From positions 1-35,745 of the forward strand of contig JALLON010000003.1 of assembly GCA_027717925.1 (NCBI GenBank): a stretch of 35,745 bases of DNA, given 5' to 3'. The notes beneath the pieces are model-generated. The model was given only the letters and a program-made list of their open reading frames with translations. It had not been told where the DNA came from and did no database searches. The stretch is from Acidobacteria bacterium AH-259-G07. GTDB lineage: Bacteria > Acidobacteriota > UBA6911 > RPQK01 > JADFOI01. Every line of letters begins with the position of its first letter. Within the stretch, counting starts at the first letter, position 1. This document shows positions 34,905 through 35,745 of the stretch, in pieces. Position numbers and translations under genes: made by a program.

Positions 34905-35609
34905 TCATGGTTGCTCCCCGGCGTTTCCGCTATCGGCGTTATGCCATCCGCCAGTCGTTTGAAATGAATCTTCGCCGAAAATCTGCCCGTACACGTCTTC
35001 AACCTGCGCTGTTTCGTCCTGCGTCAGCGCGGCAAACTCCTTCTTACGAGCCCGCTTTGACAAATGCCCCTGATTCTGGTGAAGGAAGCGAAACAATAAG
35101 TCGACCGTCCGGTCCGGCATATCGATCATGGATTTAACGCGGCTTCTAAACCGGTCATACCGCCGCAGAAATTCTGTCTCATACGGCAAATCCTGTTCGA
35201 TCGTCCACCTCACGCACTCATACAGAAACTCGGCGTGCGGTGTCGCATCAAAGAAGCAGTAATAGTCGCCGCTATCATTCAGTACGCGCACATTGCCGTC
35301 CTCGGTCGGCTGCCACTCGACAAGCAGCAGAAGACGCGCAGAATAGTCCTGCAGAACCTGCCGATATTCGTCGATCCGGTCCAAAATGGCGGGCCCGTGG
35401 TCGAACGCGATCATGCCTTCCATCAGAGAGGGAAGATCCTCGGGCCGCGCGCTGATGTGATCTGGCCGGGGCGCGCGCGTTTCGCGATCGTGTTCGCCGA
35501 CAAAGCCGTCTTCCTCTCGAAGGCCAAGGCGCACAAAACGCGCATCGCCAATGACGCGGCCCCATCGCTGGATACGATTCTGCGGAGGATGCTCCCCTTC
35601 AATGGCATA
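34905..35609 (-). pseudogene. Fic-family protein remnant (5'-truncated, internally deleted)
   Basis: YAIEGEHPP, GFVGEHDR, PDHISARPEDL, FFDATPHAEFLY, DMPDRTVDLLFRFLHQNQGHLSKRAR resemble a long Fic subfamily (from memory); the HPFxDGNGR motif is absent. Confidence 0.65.
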
Positions 35610-35745
35610 CTCATCTTCGACAGTTTCAAAATGTAAGCTTCGCCTTACCAATGAGTTAGAGGCGCGGCTTTAGGGCTTGGCACTACGTTCCTCTGTTTGT
35701 GAAGGTGGGCTTTGCCTCATGGCCGATCCGCTTCCACTTTTCTGA

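Overview
Bacterial chromosomal window, probably from a diderm environmental organism; Acidobacteriota/PVC-like gene content is an inference, not shown directly. The left half (415-17528) is a coherent envelope/small-molecule locus. It holds three signal-peptide-bearing PQQ-like (BamB-type) beta-propeller proteins, an oppositely oriented pair of an EhpF/GriC-like adenylating enzyme and an EhpG/GriD-like ALDH-fold reductase, a TonB-dependent receptor, DUF3311 + Na+/solute symporter, a GT4 glycosyltransferase and a LolD/FtsX-type ABC exporter. The gene junctions carry short palindromes. The middle holds a DUF433/DUF5615 TA pair, a polysaccharide deacetylase fusion, a CehA/McbA-like metallohydrolase, sugar(-acid) catabolism-type enzymes (SDR, an SMP-30 homolog lacking metal ligands, enolase-superfamily, DSD1-type PLP, Gfo/Idh/MocA) and a cytochrome P460/c'-beta family protein. 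A complete 2028-bp ISAs1-family element (28210-30237, 10-bp target duplication) encodes a frameshifted DUF4338-transposase fusion and sits inside a terminator-like hairpin. The right end is a decayed accessory zone with a Ser/Thr kinase stub, an intact higBA-like TA module with its operator, a PIN fragment and an internally deleted Fic gene. No rRNA, tRNA or CRISPR array was recognised. All family assignments come from motif recognition without database searches.
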